A DNA stretch of 64,000 nucleotides from Chrysomallon squamiferum (Eukaryota > Animalia > Mollusca), in assembly GCA_012295275.1 (NCBI GenBank), contig CM022674.1, forward strand, positions 14,260,001 through 14,324,000, in the 5' to 3' direction. The notes under the pieces were generated by a model that did no database searches, was not told the DNA's origin, and was given only the letters and a program-made list of their open reading frames with translations. A program made the position numbers and the translations under genes. The first letter of the stretch is position 1. Each line of letters begins with the position of its first letter. Positions 1 to 26,000 of the stretch are shown in pieces.

Positions 1-153
1 TCATTTATAGTGCAAACATCTTGTGTGCTTCAGAATAGTTTCTGAGTGTCTGTGTCTTTGTGTCTGTCTGTCACCCTTCCTCTGTCTGTCTCTGCTTTCT
101 CTAAGATATATCCATTCTCTTTTCTTTCCTTTTTTGCATATACAGGCATACAG

Positions 154-317
<164 letters not shown>

Positions 318-1356
318 GTGCGGGGATAAAATCACAAAGGACAAAATGTCAGCAGTTTATTGTGATTATAAACAAAAGCCCAGATGTTGATTTTAAAAAT
401 GTTCATACTATAACTAATATCGACGTGTGTTATATATTTAAAATCCAGCCTGTATACATGAGTGTTTTTTTTTTATATGTGAGCATTTTAAATAAATGTA
501 AGAAGCTATGGCATGATCATATCGCTGGTTGTTTGTAAATGTATTACATGTAAAGACAGAGAAAGTCTAGAAACTTCTCAGTCCACGTACACTTTGTGAT
601 TTACTAGACATTCTCAAACAGCCAGTCACGAAGTGAAGCAAGCTGTTGACTTCAGGAAACAAAATTTTTTATTTTAGTTCCACACTTTTCGTCTAGACGA
701 GAATATCCTTTTCTCGACATTTTGTTTTTGTTTTGTTTTTTTCATTAAAATGAGTTGACAGTTGTCTGCCGCCAGGGGGCGCGAGTGTGGATCTGTCAGC
801 TGTTTCTAAGTGATGACAGATTAGTCAGTTTTACGACTCTTCCCTGTTTACGACTGTTTTATCTTTGACGTTTAATGGAAGTCACAATTTCCCGGAAATA
901 AATAAATAACTTTGCTAAATAAATGAATATAGCGTAAGCAGAGAATCGTCTGCTACTTATGTGATCTATAAATAGAACTTGTGTACAGTTATAACAACTG
1001 CTGTTTCTGGTATTTATTTGATAAAAGCAAATTTTTCATTTGTCTCTCAAGATTGAGAGGTGAGACAACTATTGTCATATTTTGTACGGATTTTGATTAA
1101 TATGAAGATTACTTTGATGATAATTAATGTTTGTATTTTATGTGCAAAGATTGTTTTTACATGAGTGAATGGATGTTTGTGTGTGCGTGTGAGAAAGGGG
1201 GAGACAGAATGAGAAAGAGAAGTAGAAACAGAGAGTGAGAGATTTCTATACAAACAGCTAGACTGAGGTGTGCAAACTTAGTTCAATATGAAGAATGTTT
1301 AGAAGTTAGTTGAAGTTTATTTCTTCATATATAAAGACTGCTTCTGCTTGTTTTGG

Positions 1357-2949
1357 GTGTGTGTATGTCTCTGTATATGTGTGTGTGTGTATGTGTGTAC
1401 GTGTAACTGTATATGTGTGTACGTGTAACTGTATATGTGTGTGTCTGTATGTGTGTACGTGTAACTGTATATGTGTGTGTCTGTATGTGTGTACGTATAA
1501 CTGTATATGTGTGTGTGTAACTGTATATGTGTGTGTCTGTATGTGTGTACGTGTAACTGTATATGTGTGTGTCTGTATGTGTGTGAAGGTCTCTGTATAT
1601 GTGTGTGTCTGTATGTGTGTGTATGTCTCTGTATATGTGTGTGTCTGTATGTGTGTACGTGTAACTGTATATGTGTGTTTCTGTGTATGTGTGTATGTAA
1701 CTGTATATGTGTGTTTCTGTATGTGTGTGTGTAACTGATATGTGTGTACGTGTAACTGTATATGTGTGTGTCTGTATGTGTGTGAAGGTCTCTGTATATG
1801 TGTGTGTCTGTATGTGTGTGTATGTAACTGTATATGTGTGTGTATGTATGTGTGTACGTGTAACTGTATATGTGTGTGTCTGTTTGTGTGTACGTGTAAC
1901 TGTATATGTGTGTGTATGTATGTGTGTACGTGTAACTGTATATGTGTGTGTCTGTATGTGTGTACGTGTAACTGTATATGTGTGTGTCTGTATGTGTGTA
2001 CGTGTAACTGTATATGTGTGTGTCTGTATGTGTGTACGTGTAACTGTATATGTGTGTGTCTGTGTGTGTGTGCGTGTAACTGTATATGTGTGTGTCTGTA
2101 TGTGTGTACGTGTAACTGTATATGTGTGTGTCTGTATGTGTGTACGTGTAACTGTATATGTGTGTGTCTGTGTGTGTGTACGTGTAACTGTGTATGTGTG
2201 TGTGTAACTGTATATGTGTGTGTCTGTATGTGTGTATATGTAACTGTGTGTATGTGTGTACGTGTAACTGTATATGTGTGTGTCTGTGTGTGTGTACGTG
2301 TAACTGTATATGTGTGTGTCTGTATGTGTGTACGTGTAACTGTATATGTGTGTGTCTGTATGTGTGTACGTGTAACTGTATATGTGTGTGTCTGTGTGTG
2401 TGTACGTGTAACTGTATATGTGTGTACGTGTAACTGTATATGTGTGTGTCTGTATGTGTGTACGTGTAACTGTGTATGTGTGTGTGTGTAATGTATGTGT
2501 GTACGTGTAACTGTGTATGTGTGTGTCTGTATGTGTGTACGTGTAACTGTATATGTGTGTGTCTGTATGTGTGTACGTGTAACTGTATATGTGTGTGTCT
2601 GTATGTGTGTACGTGTAACTGTATATGTGTGTGTCTGTATGTGTGTGTACGTGTAACTGTGTATGTGTGTACGTGTAACTGTATATGTGTGTACGTGTAA
2701 CTGTGTATGTGTGTACGTGTAACTGTGTATGTGTGTACGTGTAACTGTGTATGTGTGTACGTGTAACTGTGTATGTGTGTACGTGTAACTGTGTATGTGT
2801 GTACGTGTAACTGTATATGTGTGTGTCTGTATGTGTGTACGTGTAACTGTGTATGTGTGTGTCTGTATGTGTGTGCGTGTAACTGTGTATGTGTGTACGT
2901 GTAACTGTATATGTGTGCAGGTATGCGTCTGTCTGTATGCGTGTGTGTG
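1357..2949. repeat. 36-bp TG-rich minisatellite (GTAACTGTATATGTGTGTGTCTGTATGTGTGTACGT) with 22-bp deletion variants
   Basis: Directly visible tandem units. A run of shorter 22-bp units occurs at about 2650-2810. Confidence 0.93.
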
Positions 2950-5900
2950 ATCAGTAACAACGTCGTTGATGTTTTATAGATCACGACAACAAGGAGACCC
3001 AAATATCATCTTCATCTCTACGTTCACTACGACACGACAACATCTTGTCATCACAGTCACTCGACACAGAAATCAACAGCAGCAACTGTTCTACTTGTAA
3101 ACATGTCTGAACAGCCCAGCTTCTCGATACTGAAAACAAAGGACAGTAACTCTTCAGTATTATATAAGAGGAGCCATGTGTACGTCAACTTCAGTTCTCT
3201 TGGCAATCATTAAATCTCGTGGTTTCTCACTGAATCTCGTGATTTCTCACAATCGCGATTTCGTCTTTGTCCTTTGACGAGTGAGGAATATGTAGTAAAT
3301 TATTTTTAGTATACTGTAAAATTCTTAGAAAACTTGGACTTGCTGATGTTAAATGAACGTGTTTAGCTTCACGCCATCAGCGCAGTCACGCGCCATACAA
3401 ACAATTTGTACTTTATATGAAAAATGGCGCACTCAGCTGATCTGTTGCTCTAAGGTCACGTGTCAGGTCCATAAACAACAACAACATATCCCAGTTCTTG
3501 TATCTCAGTAAAATTCTGAGCAGTAAATTATAACTCTGAAATAAAATGACTGGAATCTGACGTTACAACTTGAGATGGCATCAGAAATGAGACAACTGAA
3601 AAACGAGTGAGATGTTGCTAGTTAAACATTAATGGTTCTGTACTTTTCTTTAATCCAGTATTTCGTGTTGAAAATGTCAATTTTTTCTGTTCAATTAAAG
3701 TTCGTTTTATTCTAGTCTCCTTTTGCTGTCGTGCACTTTCTGAGATACAAGATTTTACATAACAGATTTTTTTTTCTTTCTTTTTTTCTTTTTAATTTTT
3801 TTTTTATCATCATTTCTTTATCAATGTTATTACGACGACCAGCAGCTGAAGAATCACGAACTCGATTGATCGTGTTGTATGTTTTCTCGATGGAGTCAAA
3901 ATTCTCTTTATCTTGTCTGTCACTTCTCACTCATTACTTGTACACTCCAAGTTTCCAGTCCGTTCAAGAGATGACAGCAGAGAGGAAAGTTATTCCATGT
4001 TTCCAACACTTCCACAAGCTCGCAAAATATTTTACTACATTTTTTTTTTTATTAATGCTTTTACTGTTGTGACATAAGTAAAACAAATTTTATTTAAATA
4101 ATTTATTATCTTTCTTAAAGTCTGAATTTTCTGTATGTGTTTGTGTGTGTTTTAGTATGTGCGTGCGTGCGTGTGTGTGTGAGTGTGTGTGTGTCTGTTT
4201 GTGATTACGTTTTAAATAACAACAACAAGCAAGATTATATTCCGACTTCTGATCTGATAATAATAAAAGTGTTTTTAACTAACAACTGTAATTCATTCAT
4301 CCGTCAATTCTCCATCTGTCTGGCTACCTACTTACCTACTTGTTTATCTGTCTATCGATTAATTAGTCTATCCATCTGTTTATCTTTCTATACATCTAAG
4401 TATCTATCTATCAGTATATTTGTTTGTTTGCCTGTATGTATGTCTAGTACATTTAACTTCATTGTCTTCCTGTATCATCACTCTCATACGTTTACGTGAA
4501 ACAGTGTTCCGTTTATAACGTACAAATAACAACAACAAAATACATTCCAGCGTTCGCGAAAACAAAAATTGTTGTTTGAAGCAGATCTGCTTTATCTCAT
4601 GTTGGTGCTGAGTACGTAGTGTTGTCGTGTACGCGTGGATGTTGTAGTCTTTTTTAAAGCTTCATAAAATGTCTGCAGATTTACGACTCCGGGTCAGACG
4701 TTGTTAACAAGATGAACTGACTACGTCAGCATTTATTTCAAAACAGCTTAAACGTGGTAATTTTAGAAAGAAGTAATTTTCTACAAATGAACAGAGGGAT
4801 AGTTTCAGTTCTAACGACGTTGTTGTTTTACAAAGTCAGACTCGGTGTCGCTGTGGTTAAGACGTCGACTTAAAAGTGACAGTTAATTGGATCGCTTCCA
4901 GGTTCGTCGCTTCTGCGCGTAGATAAAATAAAGATTTAAAGAGATTTACTCTAACACACTTCTCGTCTCTTACTCATAGAAAGTAATAGCAGCAGTTCCA
5001 TCAAAATTTATAGTTTGTTTTTATTATCTATTTTATTTTATTTTATTTATTTATTTATTTTTTCTTCAAATGTTTTGTGTTAAAAGTACTTTTCAGTATT
5101 TTAAAAAATAATAAATTACAGTTCAGTTAGTTACAACTCATTAATCCAGAAATCGCCAATTTTTACTGGTTTGCAAATCAACAAATATTTGAACCGATCA
5201 ATAAACCAAACATTCAACCAAACATCCACTGAAACAAACAATCAACCATTCATTGAAATAAACCACAACCCAGCTTTCGCTCCAGTATTCTGTTAGTAGG
5301 TTAGCGAGTTAGATACAGGGACACGTGACAAGCCAAAGAGACCAGTTTTATATGAGGTATAAATACTTGTACTGGCAGCAGAACAAAAACAAAAACTAGT
5401 CAAATAAAATATTGTAGATCAGCAAAATTATCAACCTGGTTGAAATATTGTTTCGTTTGTCGACGCAGACATTTATTTAAGGATGTTTATAAAAGAAACT
5501 TCCGGTAAGGGAAACAACTCTTTTAGATCAAACATACTATGTGAATTTATTTACTTCCCTTAGTTTTTACAAATAGAATTAAAACGAACAATAATAACGA
5601 TTTCCGCCTGCTTTACTGCGTTGCAATGTGCTGATTATAAAATAGACGACAGTAAACAAAGAATTAGAAATATAAATCTATATTCAAACACACACGTTTC
5701 AAACTACATTACCTGCAAGACCTGTAAAAGAAAAACATATCCAAATCACACAGAAAAAAAGATTTAGAAACAGAAAAAAAACAGTAGAAGAAAAAAAAAA
5801 CTACCACCCTCCCCCCCAAAAAACAGCTGTGTGAACAGAAGACAAAACGCGGTGTAGGCTACTACAGCGGTGAACTTTAGTCGAAGTGCTGCAGACAGAG

Positions 5901-6153
5901 AATGAGAGAAAAACGTTGTCTTCTTCTGAATGTCGTAGTCTCAGTAATCTGCTGCTTTGTAAATTTACAACATGACTTTTTTCTTTGTTTCTCAGTTTTG
6001 TTGACATCTGTGCCTGTTATTCAGTCTGTCTGCAAACTAAGAATATTTACAACAAAACCACAACTGCGACGACAAATAGCTTATAGACGTTCATGTAAAA
6101 TACAACAACAACAAAAAACAACACAAAAAACACATTAATAATAAAAAAAATAA

Positions 6154-6188
<35 letters not shown>

Positions 6189-6999
6189 ACAAACAAATAA
6201 ATAAACAAATAAATAAATAATAATTATAATATATAATAAATAAATAAATAAACAAATAAATAAACAAATAAATAAATAAATAGAAATTAATATCTATATA
6301 AATGTTTCGTATTTTACGTATACTCAGTCTTTAAAGACGTATGTTCTAAATGACGTCCCAACGAAAATATAACATTCCTTTCTGATAATTATTATTCTAG
6401 AAAATATTTTAATTCAAAAACACTTTTCATTTATTATTTATATATTTATTTGTCTGTTTATTATTATTATTATTGTTGTTGTTGTTATGATTATTATTAT
6501 TATTACGTCACTATGATTAACCTGTATAACTTTACTAACAGTCGTTGTGTCCCGATCTTTGACGAAGGTTTCCTGACTCTCGTTTTCACTGCTTCCTGTC
6601 TTGCGCTGTCCTAAGTCAAGTGGTTCCTTTCCAGTACTGATACGTTTTTTTTTTTTTTTTTTTTTTTTTTTCCTTTATTATCTCTTGGTTTTTTTTTTTT
6701 TGGTTTTTTTTTGATAATTTCCATTCATTGGGTGAGGCAATGTCCGTCAGTTTCTGTTATTCTGATGACGTGCAGGTCCACTTCGGATTTCACGCGTGTG
6801 ACGTCACATACGTGACCTTCGTTTTCTCTCTTACCCAGATGTTTGTTTCTCGTTTCCAGAATGTAAAGTTTAATGCACCTCACGCCGTGTTTTTCTTTGC
6901 CTAAATTCCAGGCTGGTGCTGTTCTGCTGTGGAATGATTTATTGTTATTGTTATGGAATGACGTATCAATAAAAGCGATTGCTTTTCACCATTTATATT

Positions 7000-7230
7000 G
7001 GCGGCACTGTGTCATCAACTTGTTGATACAACGGTACTGTGTCATCAACATATTGATACAATGGTACTGTGTCATCAACATATTGATACAACGGTACTGT
7101 GTCATTAACATGTTGATAGAATGGTACTGTGTCATCAGCATGTTGATACAACGGCACTGAGTCATCAACGTAGTGATACAACGGTGATGTTTCATCAATA
7201 TATTGATACAGTGGGTACCGTCATCAACAT
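7000..7230. repeat. 30-bp minisatellite (GTACTGTGTCATCAACATATTGATACAACG), about 7 copies
   Basis: Tandem units, each with the internal inverted repeat ATCAA-N4-TTGAT. No unique spacers. Confidence 0.88.
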
Positions 7231-8795
7231 AAAAAGTAAAAACAAAAATAAAAGAACAAAATATATTTTATTACCACAGTTTTACAATGCACAGAGGAAA
7301 TAAACACAACTTCAAAATTATAACATTTTCTTTTAATTAAAAGTTATAACACATATTCCATTAATTCAAAATTATAACATATATTCTTTTAATTAAAAGT
7401 TATTACACGTAATCTATTAATTCAAAATTATAACATATATTCCAGTAATTTAAAATTATATTACAGTAATTAGTAATTAGAAAACAGTATATTTCAGTGT
7501 CTGTATTGTAATTAGGTAATTATGAAATGTCAGGCCTGACTGCGTTCAGTTACAGAATTAAAATTAATTATTTTGAATTACTGAAATAAAAAATTAAATC
7601 GTTTAGGTGTTATACTTGAGTCATTCAAAATCATTACCAGCTATATTTCAATAAGTTAATTATATATGTAGCAGTTTATATTTCAAAATGCTAAAGGATT
7701 ATGTTTAAATAATCAAAAATTATTCAGTTATAATTCATTAACTGATAGCTGAAATTATTTATGTTGGCATTGCACAAAATTATGGTACATTATGTTTGAA
7801 TAATTCAGAATAAAACGACATTAATGTTCAATAATTAAACAAACAAATAAATGAATAGTAAAATATAAAAGAAGGAAAGAAGGAAAACAGGAAAAAAGAA
7901 GTAGAGAAAGTTGTTTGAACAACTGAGAATGGTATCAGTGATGCCAGTCGTCGCGTTACAGTTGAGATATTTACACGTTTGAAAAGACAACCGTAGCCCG
8001 ACGATTACATTCAGTGTAATAAAGTACAGAAACATGCACGTACGTAGGTATGAATGTGTCTATGTATGGCTTTGTGTGTATATGTATTTGTTTGTTGTAT
8101 ATATATGTATATGTATATATGTATGTGTATATATATATATATGTATGTATGTGTGTGTGCATGTATGTATGTGTCTGTATGCATGTATGTATGTATATGT
8201 ATGTATGTATATATGTGTGTATGTGTATATATGAGTATATATGTATGTGTTTGTGTATGAGTGTGTAGGGGTATGTGTGTGTGTGGATATATATGTATAC
8301 AGGAATGTATACGGGTATGTATATGGGTATGTATACGGTATGTATACGGGTATGTAAACATATATCCTCTACATCTGCGGGTGAACGTTTGTAGTGTACA
8401 TGAATGAATATTTCTACGTACAGAACTAACATTACGAGAGTAACGAAGTACGTTGCAGCTACGACGTCACTACTAACACGACACGTCCTCCTCAACGTTC
8501 ATCAACTTCATCATCATCAGAGACACAAAGAGAATGATGTATTTATCATATTATCATTTCAAATATCATCATCATCATTACGGTAGAATCATTTAGAGAT
8601 TGAGACGGCATTACTGCAACATCATCATCATTCTCTCATCATCTACATCCTAGTATGCTTTGAAATACAGCGTCATCATCAGCATCATCATCATAATTAT
8701 TATCGCTATCTTCAACATCATCGTAATAATAAACATCATGGTCATAATCGTCATCATTCAAAATGTATTTTCAAATGTAATTCAGAGAGTGCCAG

Positions 8796-8826
<31 letters not shown>

Positions 8827-9069
8827 TATAAATGTCTGCGTCATAATGATTATAATTGTAATTATATTATATTACAATAATATCGCATTTTGAAACTCTT
8901 CAAGTAACTGATTACAACTGTTTGTATTAAAATTATAACAAAGCATTACGATACTGCAACATGTCACCAATAAGGTGACTGCATCATCATCATCATAACA
9001 TCTGGATATTTTTATCTGGCTAGATATCCGTTTCTGTGTAATGTGTGTGTGTGTGTTTGTGTGTATGTA

Positions 9070-9189
<120 letters not shown>

Positions 9190-9634
9190 TATGTTTGTCG
9201 GTGTGTGTGTGTGTAAGTCTGTGGGCACGCGGAGGTGCGGTTGTCTGTATGTATTTCCTCCAAAAATAACCTAATTTGACAACGAACAACTCCGACTTGT
9301 TTAAATGAAAGATACACAAAAACGTTTCAGAAAGATTTTCAAACTAATTTCATTACTAATACTACAGTTAATTGCGGCATTGTTATCTTTATTAATTAAC
9401 TTACTTTTTTATTATTATTAGTAGTAGTAGTAATAGTAGTACTAGTAGTAGTAGTACATTATAACGATAATTATTTTCATCTTCATTATTATTATTATTA
9501 TTATTATTAAAGTTTATTTAACGTGTATTTTTAGAAGGTAAGTTTAGAGATTCAAGTTAAAGGAAATTATGTTCTTTTCACGATCCTCAGCTGGCTGCTG
9601 CGTGTTCAAACATCTGTCAACCAGAATTTTAACA

Positions 9635-19860
<10,226 letters not shown>

Positions 19861-20024
19861 CACTGAAACTTAGTGAACAGAGAAAACTTCAACAACAACA
19901 AAATTACTGTGTTATTCAATTTGCTTTTTACGTGTGGGGGCATGTTCATATATATATATAAGTTGCCAAAATTCTAAATATATATATATATACATTGTTT
20001 ATATCTGTGTGTTGCTTTTGTATA

Positions 20025-23000
20025 TGGTTACCACTGTGAGTGTATGTGTACATCTGTGTGTGTAAGTGTACCACTGTGTGTATGTGTATATATGTGTGTG
20101 TGTGTGTGTGTATATATGTACCACTGTGTGTGTATGTGTACCACTGTGTGTATGTGTGTATATGTACATCTGTGTGTATGTGTACCACTGTGTGTGTATG
20201 TGTACATCTATGTGTGTATGTGTACATCTGTGTGTATGTGTATATGTGTGTGTGTAAGTGTACCACTGTGTGTGTATGTGTACATCTGTGTGTGTAAGTG
20301 TACCACTGTGAGTGTATGTGTACATCTGTGTGTGTATGTGTACCACTGTGTGTGTATGTGTACATCTGTGTATGTATGTGTACATCTGTGTGTGTAAGTG
20401 TACCACTGTGTATGTGTATGTGTACATGTACCACTGTGTGTGTATGTGTACCACTGTGTGTGTATGTGTACCACTGTGTGTGTATGTGTACCACTGTGTG
20501 TGTATGTGTACATCTGTGTGTGTATGTGTACCACTGTGTGTGTATGTGTACATCTGTGTGTGTAAGTGTACCACTGTGTAAGTGTACCACTGTGTGTGTA
20601 AGTGTACCACTGTGTGTGTGTGTATGTATGTGTTGTGTGTGTGTGTGTACCACTGTGTGTGTGTGTGTGTGTACCACTGTGTGTGTATGTGTACCACTGT
20701 GTGTGTAAGTGTACCACTGTGTATGTATGTGTACATCTGTGTATGTGTACCACTGTGTACATCTGTGTGTGTATGTATGTGTACCACTGTGTGTGTATGT
20801 GTACCACTGTGTGTATGTGTACCACTGTGTGTATGTGTACCACTGTGTGTGTATGTGTACCACTGTGTGTGTATGTGTACCACTGTGTGTATGTGTACCA
20901 CTGTGTGTATGTGTACCACTGTGTGTATGTGTACCACTGTGTATGTGTGTACCACTGTGTGTGTATGTGTACCTCTGTGTGTATGTGTACCACTGTGTGT
21001 GTATGTGTACCACTGTGTGTGTGTGTACCACTGTGTGTGTATGTGTACCACTGTGTGTATGTGTACCACTGTGTGTATGTGTACCACTGTGTGTGTATGT
21101 GTACATCTGTGTGTGTATGTGTACCACTGTGTGTGTATGTGTACCACTGTGTGTGTATGTGTACCACTGTGTGTGTATGTGTACCACTGTGTGTGTATGT
21201 GTACCACTGTGTGTATGTGTACCACTGTGTGTGTGTGTACCACTGTGTATGTGTACCACTGTGTGTGTATGTGTACCACTGTGTGTGTATGTGTACCACT
21301 GTGTGTATGTGTACATCTGTGTGTGTATGTGTACCACTGTGTGTGTATGTGTACCACTGTGTGTATGTGTACATCTGTGTGTGTGTATGTGTACCACTGT
21401 ACCACTGTGTGTATGTGTACCACTGTGTGTGTATGTGTACCACTGTGTGTATGTGTACATCTGTGTGTGTATGTGTACCACTGTGTGTGTATGTGTACCA
21501 CTGTGTGTGTGTGTACATCTGTGTGTGTATGTGTACCACTGTGTGTGTATGTGTACCACTGTGTGTATGTGTACATCTGTGTGTGTATGTGTACCACTGT
21601 GTGTATGTGTACCACTGTGTATGTATGTGTACCACTGTGTGTATGTGTACCACTGTGTGTATGTGTACCACTGTGTGTGTATGTGTACCACTGTGTGTAT
21701 GTGTACCACTGTGTGTGTACCACTGTGTGTGTGTGTACCACTGTGTGTGTATGTGTACCACTGTGTGTGTATGTGTACCACTGTGTGTATGTGTACCACT
21801 GTGTGTGTATGTGTACCACTGTGTGTGTATGTGTACCACTGTGTGTGTGTGTACCACTGTGTCTGTATGTGTACATCTGTGTACCATCTGTGTATGTGTA
21901 CCACTGTGTGTGTATGTGTACCACTGTGTGTGTATGTGTACCACTGTGTGTGTGTATGTGTACCACTGTGTGTGTGTGTGTACCACCACTGTGTGTGTAT
22001 GTGTACCACTGTGTGTGTGTACTGTGTGTGTACCACTGTGTGTGTGTGTGTACCACTGTGTGTGTGTATGTGTACCACTGTGTGTGTGTATGTGTACCAC
22101 TGTGTGTGTATGTGTACCACTGTGTGTGTATGTGTACCACTGTGTGTATGTGTACCACTGTGTGTACCACTGTGTGTATGTGTACCACTGTGTGTGTATG
22201 TGTACCACTGTGTGTGTATGTGTACATCTGTGTGTGTATGTGTACCACTGTGTGTATGTGTACCACTGTGTGTGTATGTGTACCACTGTGTGTGTATGTG
22301 TACCACTGTGTGTGTATGTGTACCACTGTGTGTATGTGTACCACTGTGTGTATGTGTACCACTGTGTGTGTGTGTGTATGTGTACCACTGTGTGTGTGTG
22401 TGTGTACCACTGTGTGTGTATGTGTACCACTGTGTGTGTATGTGTGTGTGTGTACCACTGTGTGTGTATGTGTACCACTGTGTGTGTATGTGTACATCTG
22501 TGTGTATGTGTACCACTGTGTGTGTATGTGTACCCTGTGTGTGTGTATGTGTACCACTGTGTGTATGTGTACCACTGTGTGTGTATGTGTACCACTGTGT
22601 GTGTATGTGTACCACTGTGTATGTATGTGTACCACTGTGTGTATGTGTACCACTGTGTGTATGTGTACCACTGTGTGTATGTGTACCACTGTGTGTGTAT
22701 GTATGTGTACCACTGTGTGTGTATGTGTACCACTGTGTGTATGTGTACCACTGTGTGTGTATGTGTACCACTGTGTGTGTATGTGTACCACTGTGTGTGT
22801 ATGTGTACCACTGTGTGTGTATGTGTACCACTGTGTGTGTATGTGTACCATCTGTGTGTGTGTATGTGTACCACTGTGTGTGTATGTGTAAGTGTACCAC
22901 TGTGTGTGTGTGTGTATGTGTACCACTGTGTGTGTATGTACCACTGTGTGTGTATGTGTACCACTGTGTGTGTATGTGTACCTGTGTGTGTATGTGTACC

Positions 23001-26000
23001 ACTGTGTGTGTATGTGTACCACTGTGTGTGTATGTGTACCACTGTGTGTATGTGTACCACTGTGTGTGTATGTGTACCACTGTGTGTATGTGTACCACTG
23101 TGTATGTATGTGTACCACTGTGTGTGTACTACCACTGTGTATGTATGTGTACCACTGTGTGTGTATGTGTACATCTGTGTGTGTATGTGTACCACTGTGT
23201 GTGTATGTGTACCTCTGTGTGTGTATGTGTACACTGTGTGTGTATGTGTACCACTGTGTGTGTATGTGTACCACTGTGTGTGTATGTGTACCACTGTGTG
23301 TGTATGTGTACCACTGTGTGTGTATGTGTACCACTGTGTGTGTATGTGTACATCTGTGTGTGTATGTGTACCACTGTGTGTGTATGTGTACCACTGTGTG
23401 TATGTGTACCACTGTGTGTATGTACCACCACTGTGTGTGTATGTGTACCACTGTGTGTATGTACCACTGTGTGTAGTGTGTACTGTGTGTGTATGTACCA
23501 CTGTGTGTATGTGTACATCTGTGTGTGTATGTGTACCACTGTGTGTATGTGTACATCTGTGTGTATGTGTACCACTGTGTGTGTATGTGTACCACTGTGT
23601 GTGTATGTGTACATCTGTGTGTGTATGTGTACCATCTGTGTGTATGTGTACCACTGTGTGTGTATGTGTACCACTGTGTGTGTATGTGTACATCTGTGTG
23701 TGTATGTGTACCACTCTGTGTATGTGTACCACTGTGTATGTATGTGTACCACTCTGTGTGTATGTGTACCACTGTGTGTACCACTGTGTGTATGTGTACC
23801 ACTGTGTGTGTATGTGTACATCTGTGTGTGTATGTGTACCACTGTGTGTGTAAGTGTACCACTGTGTGTACCATCTGTGTGTGTATGTGTACCACTGTGT
23901 GTGTATGTGTACCACTGTGTGTGTATGTGTACCACTGTGTGTGTATGTGTACCACTGTGTGTGTATGTGTACCACTGTGTGTGTGTATGTGTACCACTGT
24001 GTGTGTGTACCACTGTGTGTGTAAAGTGTGTACCACTGTGTGTATGTGTACCACTGTGTGTATGTGTACCACTGTGTGTGTATGTGTACCACTGTGTGTG
24101 TATGTGTACCACTGTGTGTGTATGTACCACTGTGTGTGTGTGTACACTGTGTGTGTGTGTGTATGTGTACCACTGTGTGTGTGTATGTGTACCACTGTGT
24201 GTGTATGTGTACCACTGTGTGTATGTGTACCACTGTGTGTGTATGTGTACCACTGTGTGTGTATGTGTACCACTGTGTGTGTGTGTACCACTGTGTGTGT
24301 ATGTGTACCACTGTGTGTGTATGTGTACCACTGTGTGTGTATGTGTACCACTGTGTGTGTATGTGTACCACTGTGTGTGTGTATGTGTACCACTGTGTGT
24401 GTGTATCTGTGTGTGTGTACCACTGTGTGTGTGTGTACCACTGTGTGTGTGTACCACTGTGTGTGTATGTGTACCACTGTGTGTGTATGTGTACCACTGT
24501 GTGTGTATGTGTACATGTACCACTGTGTGTGTATGTGTACCACTGTGTGTGTATGTGTACCACTGTGTGTGTATGTGTACCACTGTGTGTGTGTGTGTGT
24601 ACCACTGTGTGTGTATGTGTACCACTGTGTGTGTATGTGTACCACTGTGTGTATGTGTGTGTGTATGTGTACCACTGTGTGTGTATGTGTGTACCACTGT
24701 GTGTGTATGTGTACCACTGTGTGTGTATGTGTACCACTGTGTGTGTAAGTGTACCACTGTGTGTGTGTGTACCACTGTGTGTGTACCACTGTGTGTGTAT
24801 GTGTACCACTGTGTGTGTATGTGTACCTCTGTGTGTGTATGTGTACCACTGTGTGTGTATGTGTACCACTGTGTGTGTAAGTGTACCACTGTGTGTGTAT
24901 GTGTACCACTGTGTGTATGTGTACCACTGTGTGTGTATGTGTACCCACTGTGTACCACTGTGTATGTGTACCATTGTGTGTGTATGTGTACCACTGTGTG
25001 TACCACTGTGTGTGTATGTGTACCACTGTGTGTGTATGTGTACCACTGTGTGTGTATGTGTACCACTGTGTGTGTATGTGTACCACTGTGTGTGTATGTG
25101 TACCACTGTGTGTATGTGTACCACTGTGTGTATGTGTACCACTGTGTGTGTATGTGTACCACTGTGTGTGTATGTGTACCACTGTGTGTGTATGTGTACC
25201 ACTGTGTGTGTATGTGTACCACTGTGTGTGTATGTGTACCACTGTGTGTGTATGTGTACCACTGTGTGTGTATGTGTACCACTGTGTGTGTATGTGTACC
25301 ACTGTGTGTGTATGTGTACCACTGTGTGTGTATGTGTACCACTGTGTGTATGTGTACCACTGTGTGTGTATGTGTACCACTGTGTGTATGTGTACCACTG
25401 TGTGTATGTGTACCACTGTGTGTGTATGTGTACCACTGTGTGTATGTGTACCACTGTGTGTGTATGTGTACCACTGTGTGTGTATGTGTACCACTGTGTG
25501 TATGTGTACCACTGTGTGTGTATGTGTACCACTGTGTGTGTGTACCACTGTGTGTGTGTGTGTGTACCACACTGTGTGTGTATGTGTACCACTGTGTGTG
25601 TATGTGTACCACTGTGTATGTATGTGTACCACTGTGTGTGTATGTATGTGTACCACTGTGTATGTGTACCACTGTGTGTGTATGTATGTGTACCACTGTG
25701 TGTGTATGTGTACCACTGTGTGTATGTGTACCACTGTGTGTGTATGTGTACCACTGTGTGTATGTGTACCACTGTGTGTGTATGTATGTGTACCACTGTG
25801 TGTGTACCCATGTGTGTGTATGTGTACCACTGTGTGTGTGTGTGTACCATGTGTGTGTGTTTGTGTACCACTGTGTGTATGTGTACCACTGTGTATGTAT
25901 GTGTACCATGTGTGTGTGTATGTGTGTACCACTGTGTGTGTATGTGTACCACTGTGTGTATGTGTGTACCACTGTGTGTATGTGTACCACTGTGTATGTA

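Noticed and set aside
1310-3002. Cys-rich metallothionein-like and His-rich ORFs
   Set aside because: Translations of the TG-rich 36-bp minisatellite, open in several frames.
4835-4920. Degenerate tRNA/SINE-like segment (GGTGTCGCTGTGGTTAAG...GGTTCG)
   Set aside because: Too diverged, with no second copy recognised in the window, so it cannot be supported.
7000-7230. Palindromic 30-bp repeats as a possible CRISPR array
   Set aside because: No spacers; this is a simple tandem minisatellite.
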